Of a DNA stretch of 64,000 bases, positions 1 to 10,359 are shown one piece after another. A model generated the notes under the pieces. The model did not search any database. It saw only the letters and a list, made by a program, of their open reading frames with translations, and was not told where the DNA came from. Each line of letters starts with the position of its first letter. Position 1 is the stretch's first letter. Source of the DNA: Thermodesulfobacteriota bacterium (lineage in GTDB: Bacteria > Desulfobacterota > Binatia > Bin18); NCBI GenBank assembly GCA_964291405.2, contig OZ219926.1, positions 2,016,001-2,080,000 on the forward strand, in the 5' to 3' direction. Position numbers and translations under genes: made by a program.

Positions 1-5
1 CGGCT

Positions 6-755
6 CTACCACGGCTCAACCCACGGCCGTAGCACGATCTCAAAGGCCCAGGTCGAGCGGGGCTGTCGGTGGAGTTGCAGATAGGTCTCGGCGATAGCGT
101 CCGGGTCCGCCATATTGTCGTCGACCGTTGTTCCGGCCAGACGATGCCAACGGGTTCCGTCTTCCTGGGTCCAACCGATGGCCGCGTCAATCGGTACGTG
201 GGCAATATGGATGCCCTTGGGCATCAGCTCTCTGGCCATACTCTCTGCCAGACCCGATTTGCCCTGACAGGCCATCGCAAACGCCCCGCTCCTCGGGTAG
301 CCCTTATAGGCCGCGCTGGCATTGGTGAAGATAACGGTCCCCCGATGACCGTCGGCACCGGGCGGGTGGGCCAGCATACTTTTTGTCGCCTGTTGACCCA
401 CGAGGAAGGCGCTATATGCGGAGTTCAGCAGGGTGTCGCGCACCAAGCCGGGGTCGGCCTCCGCGAGGTCTTTGCGGAAAATGTCCGGGGTCCGGCCGTC
501 GATATTGTGTACGACCAGCGTAGGCCGTCCGAGATCATTCTGCACCGCTTGAAACAGTGCCTCCACGGCCTCGGGCTCCCGCGCGTCGCACGCATAGCAC
601 CGCACGCCATACTCGCTCGTCAGTTTCTTGAGTACGGGTTTATCCGGGGTGCGGGCGGCAACGGCCACCTGCATGCCCTCGCGGGCAAAAAGCCGGGCGC
701 AACTCGCGCTCGTTCCTGGACCGGCCCCGACGATCAGGGCTACCTCTGTTGTCAT
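6..755 (-). CDS. Short-chain dehydrogenase/reductase (SDR)
   Basis: VGAGPGTS Rossmann motif, TNASA, and an FxxAC-GK variant of YxxxK; start set at MTTEVALIV behind GAGGAG RBS. Confidence 0.9.
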   Translation of the reverse strand: MTTEVALIVGAGPGTSASCARLFAREGMQVAVAARTPDKPVLKKLTSEYGVRCYACDAREPEAVEALFQAVQNDLGRPTLVVHNIDGRTPDIFRKDLAEADPGLVRDTLLNSAYSAFLVGQQATKSMLAHPPGADGHRGTVIFTNASAAYKGYPRSGAFAMACQGKSGLAESMARELMPKGIHIAHVPIDAAIGWTQEDGTRWHRLAGTTVDDNMADPDAIAETYLQLHRQPRSTWAFEIVLRPWVEPW

Positions 756-838
756 AGGATTCTCCTCTCGGGTCGTGTGGAACAGGATAATGTTCCGTTT
801 GTTCTGTCCATGCGCTGCCACCTGTGTCGTCACTCGTG

Positions 839-866
839 AGCGTAGTCAACAGGCCGGGACTGTCAA
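839..866 (-). promoter_or_regulatory. Putative sigma70 promoter of the SDR gene
   Basis: TTGACA-16 nt-TACGCT on the minus strand, about 85 nt upstream of the start. Confidence 0.5.
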
Positions 867-931
867 GCAATAGAAGGCGGACACGCAAGCGCAATTATCA
901 AGCTCGCCGGGGATGTGCGCTTTTAGCGGTC

Positions 932-2206
932 TTATTGAGTAGACTCATACTCGACACTTTCCTCACAGCCTGGCGGGCGGAAGCTCCAGTTGAAAGGTTT
1001 CTTGCCCAGCAGTTGGCCGTTATAGCTCGCAGGGTCAGCAGGTGCATCCGGGTGGTGCAGGATGCTGCAAAAATGTGCCTCAAATACGGTCCCTGTTACA
1101 GGGATCCCATTCGCGTCCAGGTCTACCGCGCTCATGCCGAGAGTCACGTGTCGCTGGTACTGCGTATCCCACTTGAACGTGAGTCCCAGGATATTCCGGG
1201 CGACCCCGGCCTCCGTATAAAATACCGTCCACAACGGCTCGAACGTGACCGTGTCGAGCCACAGCGCCACATACCCAGAGCCGGCCCCTTTGTGAGCGCG
1301 TTTGCCGACCACCAGGAAGGCCGGACGGAGCATCCACTGGTCGTCTGCAAACCAGCGGTTGGCGGGCAAATACTGGGGAAACTCGTGCCGACTGTCGAAT
1401 GCCGTCAAGACCGGGCGCTCGCCCAGCATCTCCCAGTCATAAAAAAAGAACTGCCCTTCCCAGCCAAAGGCATGCTCGCGAGTGAATTGGGTCCCCGCCA
1501 TTTTATCGCCCCGCGTGGTCGACCCCTGGCGCGGCCGACGCATCTTCATATTATATACATAAAAGCTCTCGGCTTTGTCCCGCGCCCACGGTAGCCAACC
1601 CATCATTTCGTTGTCCTTTTGGTCGCCTGGGGCGAGCGTCAGCGCGCGGAGGCCGAAGCCCTGCGGCCCCCAGCCATTCCAGCCATTGATGATAAGGGTC
1701 CGATGAGGATTTGGGCCTGAGCCACGAAAGGTATGCCCGAGATACTCAAAGCTCCCGCCCCGATTCCGACACAACAGGTTCCAGACGGCTTTCAGTCCGG
1801 CGCGGTTCGCGTCGGGAGCGAGGCCTGGAAAGGGCAGCTCTCGCCCGCAGCGCGTCGTATCATCGAGTTCACCGTTCGGTTTTAGTTGATGGACCCTGTC
1901 CGAAACCAGAACATCATACGTACGGGAGGCGACCACATCGAGCGCAGGGGCTGTGCCATTGGTCGCCTCGGAGGCCAGCAGTTGGGGCGCATTGGGCGGG
2001 AGCACTCCGCCCAATTCCTCAGCCGGGTAGGAACCGGGCGGAAGCGTCCGTGGGGTGGCGGTTTGCGTCAACCACATCCTGAGTTCCGCCGGCACCGCTG
2101 GGCCGGACACGTCTTGGGGACCGGCTTCCTGGGCCTCACCAGACCCCCCGGTCAACACCACAAGCCCAACCCACCAACTGATCAAGATCCGAACGCTTCG
2201 ATACAT
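932..2206 (-). CDS. Secreted DUF1329-like protein
   Basis: Hydrophobic N-terminal signal (WWVGLVVLTGG..EA-Q); LPFP..AGLKAVWN and YVYNMKMRRPRQ segments resemble DUF1329; AAGGAGG RBS before ATG 2206. Confidence 0.6.
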   Translation of the reverse strand: MYRSVRILISWWVGLVVLTGGSGEAQEAGPQDVSGPAVPAELRMWLTQTATPRTLPPGSYPAEELGGVLPPNAPQLLASEATNGTAPALDVVASRTYDVLVSDRVHQLKPNGELDDTTRCGRELPFPGLAPDANRAGLKAVWNLLCRNRGGSFEYLGHTFRGSGPNPHRTLIINGWNGWGPQGFGLRALTLAPGDQKDNEMMGWLPWARDKAESFYVYNMKMRRPRQGSTTRGDKMAGTQFTREHAFGWEGQFFFYDWEMLGERPVLTAFDSRHEFPQYLPANRWFADDQWMLRPAFLVVGKRAHKGAGSGYVALWLDTVTFEPLWTVFYTEAGVARNILGLTFKWDTQYQRHVTLGMSAVDLDANGIPVTGTVFEAHFCSILHHPDAPADPASYNGQLLGKKPFNWSFRPPGCEESVEYESTQ

Positions 2207-2326
2207 TATTAAGCTCTCCTCCTTGGACAACTTCTGATATCTTACGGAGCTGTTAGGTAAGGCGCATCGGCCTGTGTGTCAAGTCAGATTTGACGAAGGG
2301 CGGAAGAGACGGCCAAAGATGCGCCT

Positions 2327-3916
2327 TCAGGCGAACCAGTTCTCGGTGTGCAGTTGCGCCCAGATTTTTTGTACAACCGCGCCGCCTTGTTGCTGCACCC
2401 GTGTGGCGTCATCACTCACAAACCGACCGTGAAAAATCTGGAATTGACCGTCGACCATCACATGCCGAACGCTCAGGCCATGGGCGTAGAGCAGATTGTT
2501 GAGCGGCTCGGGAGGGACAGCTCCGCTGCCGGTCAGAAAACCGGTGACATCAATCGTACACAGGTCCGCTTTGGCCCCCGGCGCAATGCGGCCCAGATCA
2601 TCTCGTCCGAGGCCCTGAGCAGCTCCCAAGGTTGCCCCTTGGACGGCATCCCAAATGGTTGGCAGTTGTAACGGGACGGCGCTGCTCGCCTGTAAGAGTC
2701 GGGCGCGGGCCCGGCCGTAGAGCACGGCGAGTTTCAGGTTTTCGATATAATCGTTTGAGTGCGTGTCGATGCCAATCGTTGTGCGGACACCAGCGGCCAA
2801 GGCTTCGGGGTAGGGCTGCGTGCCGCTACTGCCGCCAGCGCCATTACCAGACGGACAGTGAGCATAGGTCAACTGCTTGCCGGCTAAAAACGGAAGGTCG
2901 TGCTGGATATCAATCCCGGTGAAATGGGCACCAAAGATACGCTCGGAGTAAAAGCCAAGTTCGTCTAACCATTCCGCTGGCCGTTTGCCCCATAAGCGCT
3001 GAACTGTTTTTGTCTCTTGGGCACTTTGTGACAAGTGAATATGAATCCCGTTACCGATTTCTTTGGCTGCGGCCAGAATGGCTGCCATCGTCGTGGGCGT
3101 ATGCGTGTCCGTGGCATGGGGGGCCATTTGGGGGCAAATCCGCCCGTCTTCACTGCCGTTATGGGTCAGAGCAAAGTGTCGATTCGCCGCAATCTCAGCC
3201 AAGGTCTCCTGTTCTGAGTCGGTCAGGACTTGATCCGAATTCCGAAACCAGATGGGAAACAGCCGCGCAATACCGGGAATCATACCGCCGGGATAGCCTC
3301 GCACGCCCCAACGCTTAGCAATGCGAACGTACGATTCCGCCTGACGTAAACTCAGACTCATTTCAACATGGGTTGTACAGCCCGAGCGGAGCAACTCCGC
3401 CACGTTATAGGCGGTCAAGACATCGAGGTCTTCGGTGCTCAGAGACTCGACCAGCTCAAGTGGTCGGGCATACGAGCGACCCCCCTCAATAATCCCCCGG
3501 GTTGGGGTGGCTGAACAGGTATGGGTATGACCCGAAATAAAACCCGGCAGCAACAGTTGACCGCTAGCTCGGATACGCGGCGTATCGCCCTGGAGCTGGC
3601 CACTTTTGACTTCCTCGATACGGTCTCTCCGTACCCGAACCGAGCAGTCCGGCCAAAGCTGCAAGCGTCCATTGTGAAAAACCAGCCCCCACGGCGCTTC
3701 GATGATACAGTCGTGGTGGGGTGGTTTTTCTCGCAGTGGGAGCGGGTTGGCAAAAAGAGGAGACGGGCGGCGAGAGGCCGGCGCGCCAAAAGCCGCACCC
3801 GCAAGACTGCCTTGGACCAGGAGCTGACGGCGGGTGAAACTGTTTTCAGCGTGCTCGCCCGGCGCTTCTGGACTGCTACAGACAAAGCAAGCGCCGTGAA
3901 GATCTGGATCAGCCAT
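2327..3916 (-). CDS. Metal-dependent amidohydrolase (SsnA/chlorohydrolase/deaminase group) with CxxC and twin-arginine leader, copy 1
   Basis: LLPGFISGHTH, LLRSGCTT, HIHLSQ, AHCP, GIDTHS, GRIAPGAKADL; leader CFVC...TRRQLL. Confidence 0.9.
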   Translation of the reverse strand: MADPDLHGACFVCSSPEAPGEHAENSFTRRQLLVQGSLAGAAFGAPASRRPSPLFANPLPLREKPPHHDCIIEAPWGLVFHNGRLQLWPDCSVRVRRDRIEEVKSGQLQGDTPRIRASGQLLLPGFISGHTHTCSATPTRGIIEGGRSYARPLELVESLSTEDLDVLTAYNVAELLRSGCTTHVEMSLSLRQAESYVRIAKRWGVRGYPGGMIPGIARLFPIWFRNSDQVLTDSEQETLAEIAANRHFALTHNGSEDGRICPQMAPHATDTHTPTTMAAILAAAKEIGNGIHIHLSQSAQETKTVQRLWGKRPAEWLDELGFYSERIFGAHFTGIDIQHDLPFLAGKQLTYAHCPSGNGAGGSSGTQPYPEALAAGVRTTIGIDTHSNDYIENLKLAVLYGRARARLLQASSAVPLQLPTIWDAVQGATLGAAQGLGRDDLGRIAPGAKADLCTIDVTGFLTGSGAVPPEPLNNLLYAHGLSVRHVMVDGQFQIFHGRFVSDDATRVQQQGGAVVQKIWAQLHTENWFA

Positions 3917-4034
3917 CGTCCTCTTTCCTTATCTACCGGTACGAGGTGTAAGCCTACGCTCCTGGACCGCTTTGGTCCAGAGTTTTTTGCCCTTGGGTAA
4001 AGTGATACAGCGAAGAGATAAGGAGGGTAGCGAG

Positions 4035-6188
4035 ATGAATCGTCACAGGTCTGGTGGACTCTTCGTTGGCGGGACGGTGCTGATGGGACTGCTCCTCATA
4101 GGCGGTGCGCAGGTAGCGGCTCATCAGCGCCATCCGAACGGAAAATTGCAACTCGCCTGGCGGACGGAGCATATCCGCGCGGTCACCGCAATCGATATGG
4201 ACGCCCGCACGAGCGGGGCGGCACCGTTCCGCTCGACCGACGCAGCCAGAGTCGAGCAGCGTGACGGCCGCCAGTGTGTCGTTGGCGCACTCTTGATGTT
4301 CGATGTCGATGATGCCTTTGCGTTTAATATTGATGAAATCGTGACCGTCGAACTCGTCCTGGACCGTAAAACGAGCACCGGCCTGGTGTACTATCATGAC
4401 CGGGCGGGCCGTCGCCCCCAGGCCGAGACGGTCCGCTTTGCCCAGGATACACCACGTTGGGCGAGCGTCGCGCTCACCCTGGAGCATGCTCGCTTTGCCA
4501 ACCGACTATTAACCGCAGCCGACTTTGCGTTGGCTGCGCCAGGGATAGACCTGACCGGATCGAAACCTGGAGATTCGCCAGAGATTGCCGTCTGTGACCT
4601 GCGCCTCAAACGGGAGGGGAAACCCGCTCTGCATACCGGCCCGAGAGGGACGCTGCGACTCCAGGTGCGTGATGGGGTAAAACGCGCGCTGACCCCGGCC
4701 CGCATCGGTCTGTACGACGCGCACGGTCGTCTACCCTTGCCAAGTCAATCGGCCCTGGCGTTTACGCGCTGGGAAGACGAGACAATCTCCCAGAGCGAGT
4801 TGATTCCCGGTGTCGAAAAATGGTTGCACGACGGGCGGTATGTGTTTTTCATTGACGGCAGGTACGAAGCCGAACTTGAGGCCGGAAGCTATGATCTCGT
4901 GATTGGCAAGGGGCCTGAGTATCGCGTTCTCCAACGCCAGATCACGATCACTGCGGGTGAGCGCACCGCGCTTGATATATCACTCCCACGTTGGATAGAT
5001 ATGCCAGCCCACGGCTGGTATTCCGGGGACGATCATATCCATATGCAGCGCACAGCCGAAGACAACGCCTGGATTTCAGCCTTCATGCGGGCGCAGGACG
5101 TCCATGTCGCAAACCTCCTGCAAATGGGCAATCCGAGTGGGTATTTTTTCTCGCAATACGCTTTTGGACCCACCGGGCAGTATCTACTCGATCAGTATGC
5201 CCTAGTGACGGGCCAGGAATCTCCGCGCACCATGCAGCTCGGCCATACCATCGGCCTGAACGGTACGCAGTACCATCATCCATTAGCGTATTTTCTGTAT
5301 AACAAAACCGCCTCAGCGGTACGGCAGGACGGTGGGCTGTTCGGGTATGCGCACACGGGGCTGGACTTCTTCGCCCAGCTCTCCGGCGCTCCCGCCGGCC
5401 TAGCCTTGGACCTGGTGGACGGACTGGTCGATTTTGTGGAGGTCTTGCAGTTCGGACAGCTAGGCACGGGACTGTGGTACGATTTCCTCAATCTGGGGTT
5501 TCGGCTCACACCGTCAGCCGGCTCGGACTGGCCCTATCTGAGCTTGCCGGGCGCTGATCGCTACTACGCTCAGGTTGCAGGCGAGTTCTCGCCCCAGGCG
5601 TTCTTTGACGGCATGAAAGCCGGCCGGCTCTTTGTCACCAACGGTCCTCTGCTTGAGCTGGATGTCGGCGGGCAGTCCATGGGAGCTGAACTCCAGGCAA
5701 AACCTGGACAGACAATCAGGCTCAAGGCCGTTGCGCGCCAGAATCCCGACTTCGGCTCGCTCGACCGTCTGGAACTCGTCGTGCACGGCAACGTGATCAA
5801 GACAGCAAAAGCCAAGCCCGGCGCCGAGACGGTGGAGTTGGTCCACGAATTACAGCCCCAAACGAGTCTGTGGTTGGCCGTGCGTGCCTTTGGCTCAGAG
5901 ATGGGGGTGGCGCACAGCGCGCCCGTCTATATTGCAGTCGACGGTCACAAGCGCTGCTGGAAGAAAGAGGCAGTCCCGGAGCTGGTCGCGCGCTACAAGG
6001 CTGCCCTGGAAGCGCTGGCATCACTGGAAATCGATTGGGCGGCACAACACGAGAAAGACAGTCTGTCGCCCGAGTGGCTCCGCCTCCACTGGAACGCCCA
6101 GAGAGAGGCCCTACAGCAACGCGTGAAAACAGCTCTCACCTGGTACGATAGCTTGCTCGCAGAAGCGTCCGCCGAGACCCCTGAATGA
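4035..6188 (+). CDS. Secreted CehA/McbA-family (PHP-like) metallohydrolase
   Basis: Signal peptide; GWYSGDDHIH, GHTIGL, YAHTG, AGSDWP, GRLFVTNGP motifs; AAGGAGG RBS before ATG 4035. Confidence 0.8.
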   Translation: MNRHRSGGLFVGGTVLMGLLLIGGAQVAAHQRHPNGKLQLAWRTEHIRAVTAIDMDARTSGAAPFRSTDAARVEQRDGRQCVVGALLMFDVDDAFAFNIDEIVTVELVLDRKTSTGLVYYHDRAGRRPQAETVRFAQDTPRWASVALTLEHARFANRLLTAADFALAAPGIDLTGSKPGDSPEIAVCDLRLKREGKPALHTGPRGTLRLQVRDGVKRALTPARIGLYDAHGRLPLPSQSALAFTRWEDETISQSELIPGVEKWLHDGRYVFFIDGRYEAELEAGSYDLVIGKGPEYRVLQRQITITAGERTALDISLPRWIDMPAHGWYSGDDHIHMQRTAEDNAWISAFMRAQDVHVANLLQMGNPSGYFFSQYAFGPTGQYLLDQYALVTGQESPRTMQLGHTIGLNGTQYHHPLAYFLYNKTASAVRQDGGLFGYAHTGLDFFAQLSGAPAGLALDLVDGLVDFVEVLQFGQLGTGLWYDFLNLGFRLTPSAGSDWPYLSLPGADRYYAQVAGEFSPQAFFDGMKAGRLFVTNGPLLELDVGGQSMGAELQAKPGQTIRLKAVARQNPDFGSLDRLELVVHGNVIKTAKAKPGAETVELVHELQPQTSLWLAVRAFGSEMGVAHSAPVYIAVDGHKRCWKKEAVPELVARYKAALEALASLEIDWAAQHEKDSLSPEWLRLHWNAQREALQQRVKTALTWYDSLLAEASAETPE

Positions 6189-6350
6189 CCCGGCTACACA
6201 GGAGACAATACTTCCTGCTGCCCTGCTGCGTTGCATCCCGTTCTTTCACCTGCCGTCGGCAAGCTTACGGCGTGGGGCGGTGAAGTCTGACTTGCTTCCC
6301 GGCGGGCTGGTTGTGTATGCTTGGGGCGAAACGCACGACGAGGGGAATAT

Positions 6351-7427
6351 ATGAGCCAGGTGAACACGGACCGCGTCTTCGTGAAAAAATCGTATCCGGT
6401 GAGCGATAAAGATATCATCCCGGTGTTGGACCTCGGACCGTTTCTGGCCGGAGACCCCGGCGCGCTGGCCCGCCTGGGTCAGGAGGTCTGCCAGGCGCTT
6501 GAAGACATCGGCTTCTTTTTTATCAAAAATCACGGCGTGTCCCAGGATTTAGTTGACCGCGTGTTCGCCGAAAACGCCCGTTTTCATGCGCTGCCGCCTG
6601 CGCGCAAACTGTCCGTCAAGGTCGATGGCAAAGGCATCGGCTATATGCCGCCGGGGCTTCAGCATCCCAAATACAAGCAGGACGAACCGGCCCGTAAGCC
6701 TGATATTGGCGAAGCGTTTTTCATCGGGCGTGAGGCCCAGTCCAGGAGTCGGGACGGCGGTGCGCCCGACCCGCTGTATCAGGGCGGCAATCAATGGCCA
6801 GAGGATTTACCCGGCTTTCGGGAGACCCTGGTCGAGTATTTCGACGCTATGGAAGCGCTCAGCCTGCGTCTGCTGCCGGTGTACGCCACCGCCCTGGGCC
6901 TGCCCATACATTTCTTTGATGACGCTTTTCTACACTCGCGACCGATGGGGATTCTACGTTTGTCCCACTATCCCGAGACCCCCTGTGAGGAAAACCAATT
7001 TAATGCCTCGCCGCATATTGACGGCGACTTTATTACGTTTCTGGCCCAGTCCGAGGTGCCCGGTCTGGAACTGCGGACCTCGGAGAAAAAATGGATTCAG
7101 GCGCCGGTGCTGGACGGGACGTTTCTGGTCAATGCGGGCGAGATTCTTCGCTTGTGGAGTAACGGCCGGTTTCGAGCAACGTTTCACCGCGCCATCAACC
7201 GCTCGGGTCGCGACCGCTATGCGATTCCGTTTTTCTACAGTCCCAGCCCGGACACCCTGATTGAGTGCGTGGAGACCTGCTGCGACGCCGAGCATCCGCC
7301 CCAGTATCGGCCGGTGACGGTCCGTGAGTATACCGAGTGGTTCTCACACAAGGTCTTCGTCCATCTCAAGGACAAGCCGGGGCGGTCGCCGTACTATGAA
7401 GGGGACCGGCCTGACAGTGTGGCCTAA
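6351..7427 (+). CDS. Fe(II)/2-oxoglutarate dioxygenase, isopenicillin-N-synthase family
   Basis: IPVLDL, IGFFFIKNHGV, HID...H facial triad (PHIDGD, TFHRA), RYAIPFF. Confidence 0.92.
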   Translation: MSQVNTDRVFVKKSYPVSDKDIIPVLDLGPFLAGDPGALARLGQEVCQALEDIGFFFIKNHGVSQDLVDRVFAENARFHALPPARKLSVKVDGKGIGYMPPGLQHPKYKQDEPARKPDIGEAFFIGREAQSRSRDGGAPDPLYQGGNQWPEDLPGFRETLVEYFDAMEALSLRLLPVYATALGLPIHFFDDAFLHSRPMGILRLSHYPETPCEENQFNASPHIDGDFITFLAQSEVPGLELRTSEKKWIQAPVLDGTFLVNAGEILRLWSNGRFRATFHRAINRSGRDRYAIPFFYSPSPDTLIECVETCCDAEHPPQYRPVTVREYTEWFSHKVFVHLKDKPGRSPYYEGDRPDSVA

Positions 7428-7469
7428 GACAGTCTGAGAGTGTAACTCAAATCAAAGGAGGAAGCGGAT

Positions 7470-7856
7470 ATGCCAGCACAGAAACCCGAAGAGTGCGATC
7501 TGTTGTTGCTCGAAGCAATCAAAGCCGGCGACCTGGAGACGGCCATCTCGCTCTATGAGCCGGACGCCACCTTTGTGGTGTCGCCCGAGCAGGTGGTCAA
7601 AGGCCACGACGCTATCCGCGAGGTCATGCAGGGCTTTATGGACGCCCAGGCCACGTTTAACGTCGAGGCGGTCACGGCGGTGACGAGCACGGACGGAACG
7701 GTGGCGGTTACGCGGGTGAAGGGCAGTAGTACCAGCCCGGGGCCGGATGGCAATCCGGTCACGACGCCGCTGCACAGTGTGGAGGTAGTGCGCAAGCAGG
7801 CGGACGGGACGTGGCGCTTCATCGTCGACGATCCCAGCGGCGAAGGCATCAAGTAA
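7470..7856 (+). CDS. NTF2/SnoaL-like (YybH/DUF4440) protein
   Basis: AGDLETAISLYEPDATFV...EVVRKQADGTWRFIVDDP; AAGGAGG RBS. Confidence 0.85.
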   Translation: MPAQKPEECDLLLLEAIKAGDLETAISLYEPDATFVVSPEQVVKGHDAIREVMQGFMDAQATFNVEAVTAVTSTDGTVAVTRVKGSSTSPGPDGNPVTTPLHSVEVVRKQADGTWRFIVDDPSGEGIK

Positions 7857-7866
7857 AGGGCGGTCT

Positions 7867-9066
7867 CTACAGCGGGGACCCGCTCGGCAGCCCGACCAGC
7901 GTACGGCCGTAGGCTTCCAGCCCCGCCTCATAGTGCAGGGCGATGTGTTGGCTGACCGCATGCAGGTCACGCCAAATGCGCTGGACCGGGTGCTGGAGAT
8001 ACAGGGAGCGGCCACCGCTGAGCTCAAACAGCCGGTCAACTGCACGGGTGGCCTGCCGCACGATGTAGCTGCGCCAGGCGTAATACTTGGCCCGCTCCTG
8101 CGCGGTCGGGACGCGGCCCTTCTGTCCGTACTCCGTGACGAGTTCGTCCGTGCACTGCCACATCAGCCCCTCCAGCGCATCGACGGTGGTGGCGGCTTCG
8201 GCCAAAGCGATATAGGCACTGGCCGTGCCGGGCAGAGGGGTCTCGTTCGGGCCATAGACGGGGATACGAGCCCGCGTCCACTCCTCAAAATGAGCAATGG
8301 CCGATCGGGCCGATCCAATGGCTACCGGCACCAGCGCAACGCCCAGGGTGGGGATAAAGGGGAGCTGATACAAGGCGTTCGGATGCAGCTGTTGCCCAGG
8401 AGAAGTCCCGGTCCGTTCCGCCCGCTCCAACCAGTAGACCCGGTGGTGGGGCACAAACGCGTTCTCGACGACAACGGTATTGCTATCGCTTCCCTGCAAG
8501 CCCGCAACATGCCACTGGTCGTTGAGACGATAATCCGTCTTGGGAACGAACATCATCGTCCACTCGGGTGGCGCGTCCGGCTGGGGCGCCACCCGGGCCC
8601 CGACCGCGACCCAATCGCTACACCACAACCCGCTTAAAAAACTCCACTGGCCGTTGAGTTGGTATCCGCCGGAGACCTCTTGAGCCGCTCCCGTGGGAGC
8701 GAAGGAGTCGGCCATCAGCACACTCGAATCTTCCCCCCAGAGTTCCTCTTGCAGTTCGGGCTCCACGTAGCTGATCCAGAAGTTGTGAATCCCGAGAATG
8801 CAATACACCCAGCCGGTCGAGGTATCTCCTTTGGAAATCTCGGTCGCTACCTGGAGAAAGGTCCGCAAGTCTCGCTCATAGCCGCCCCAGTAGGTCGGTT
8901 GGAGGACACGCAGCAACTCGGAGTCCTTCAGCGCCTGCATCAGCGCGTCGGGCAGGCGGCGCTGCTGTTCGATGGTCTGCGCTTGCTCGGCCGCCAGCTG
9001 GGCGATCTCGCGGGCGCGCTCCAGCAGAGCGTCCGTTGTCAGAGCAGTCTGGGAATTGTCGCGCAT
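7867..9066 (-). CDS. Two-component flavin monooxygenase, oxygenase subunit (acyl-CoA dehydrogenase fold, HsaA-like)
   Basis: LQPTYWGGYE, STGWV, GQWSFLSG, WHVAGLQGSDS, VQRIWRDLHAVSQH. Confidence 0.88.
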   Translation of the reverse strand: MRDNSQTALTTDALLERAREIAQLAAEQAQTIEQQRRLPDALMQALKDSELLRVLQPTYWGGYERDLRTFLQVATEISKGDTSTGWVYCILGIHNFWISYVEPELQEELWGEDSSVLMADSFAPTGAAQEVSGGYQLNGQWSFLSGLWCSDWVAVGARVAPQPDAPPEWTMMFVPKTDYRLNDQWHVAGLQGSDSNTVVVENAFVPHHRVYWLERAERTGTSPGQQLHPNALYQLPFIPTLGVALVPVAIGSARSAIAHFEEWTRARIPVYGPNETPLPGTASAYIALAEAATTVDALEGLMWQCTDELVTEYGQKGRVPTAQERAKYYAWRSYIVRQATRAVDRLFELSGGRSLYLQHPVQRIWRDLHAVSQHIALHYEAGLEAYGRTLVGLPSGSPL

Positions 9067-9215
9067 AGCTCCCTCCCCTTTATTGTATTCAGGCCTTGAC
9101 CCTCTGCATAAGAGGCGGTTTTATGCCCGTCACTCCGTTTGGTTGTTGATTGTCCGGGGATATGCCATACATACCCTTTAATCACTCGTGACTGCAATTC
9201 TCCTATGAGACTGCG

Positions 9216-10328
9216 ATGAAATTTGTCCTCCTGGTTATCCCGTATATGCGGGGACGCGGCGAGAGCGTCCACCTGCCGGGGGCCGACCCAGACCGCTTTC
9301 AGGTTCTGATGGGTCGCCTCAAGGAACAGATGCGGTTTGCCGAGTCGGTCGGCTACGACGGCTTTTGCATGACCGAGCAGCATTTACAGATCGAGGGGAT
9401 CGAGACCACGACCAACCCTTTGTTCTGGGATTACTTCGTGGCCCAGCACACGAAAACGCTGCGCGTTGGCCAGCTGGGTATGAATCTGACGGCGGTCAAT
9501 CCGATCAAGCTGGCCGAGGATATCGCCCTGCTCGACCACTTCACGGACGGACGGGTCTTTGTCGGTTTTACGCGCGGCAATACGCCTCGCTGGACGGCCA
9601 CCTTTGGCCAGCATCTCGATATCACCTCCGCCGAGTCTGACAAATCGACCGCAGACCGGCACAATCGGGCCGCGCTGTATGAGAACTGGCAGATTATCAA
9701 GAGTCTCTGGACCCAGGAAACGGTCCGTATTGACGGCCAGTTCTGGCAGGTGCCCAAGAAGATAGACTGGGAGTTTAAGCCGACGCAGGCTTGGGGCCGA
9801 GGCGTTGACGAGCAGGGCCGGCTGACGGAGATCGGCATTGTTCCCCGGCCCTTACAGCAGCCGCATCCGCCCGTCTATGCGCCTTTCAGCTACAGCATGG
9901 AAACCGGGCGGTTCTGGGCGCGCGAGGACGGCAAACTGGTCTCTTTTGTCACCAAAGACGACTTTCTGCAGATCACGCTTGACGTCTACCTGGAGGAAGC
10001 CCACAAGGTCGGCCGGAATCCCCGGCCGGCCGATGCCTTGGCCATTGGGGGGCATCTCGTCATGGGTCGGACGCCCGAGGAAACTCAAGACCTCTACCGC
10101 GGCTTCGAGGAGCTGTTCAACTTCGCTTATAACGCGCCCCCCTACTTCGTGCCCATGGGACGTCTGTGGATGGGCTCACAGCAGGAAGTCCTCGACCATA
10201 TTGCCGGGCTGGCCGAGCGTTTCGGCGTGGAGGAGTTCTTTCTGTGGCACCACGTCGGCTACTTCTCTCAGGAACAGGAGCTGGCCATGCTGACGCAGTT
10301 TGCCGAGGGCGTTATCCAACAAATATGA
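9216..10328 (+). CDS. LLM-class flavin-dependent oxidoreductase
   Basis: AESVGYDGFCMTEQH, NPIKLAEDIALLDHFTDGRVFVGFTRG, PRPLQQPHPP. Confidence 0.9.
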   Translation: MKFVLLVIPYMRGRGESVHLPGADPDRFQVLMGRLKEQMRFAESVGYDGFCMTEQHLQIEGIETTTNPLFWDYFVAQHTKTLRVGQLGMNLTAVNPIKLAEDIALLDHFTDGRVFVGFTRGNTPRWTATFGQHLDITSAESDKSTADRHNRAALYENWQIIKSLWTQETVRIDGQFWQVPKKIDWEFKPTQAWGRGVDEQGRLTEIGIVPRPLQQPHPPVYAPFSYSMETGRFWAREDGKLVSFVTKDDFLQITLDVYLEEAHKVGRNPRPADALAIGGHLVMGRTPEETQDLYRGFEELFNFAYNAPPYFVPMGRLWMGSQQEVLDHIAGLAERFGVEEFFLWHHVGYFSQEQELAMLTQFAEGVIQQI

Positions 10329-10359
10329 CGAGCGCCGCGTAAGAAGGGGTTATTCGGAG

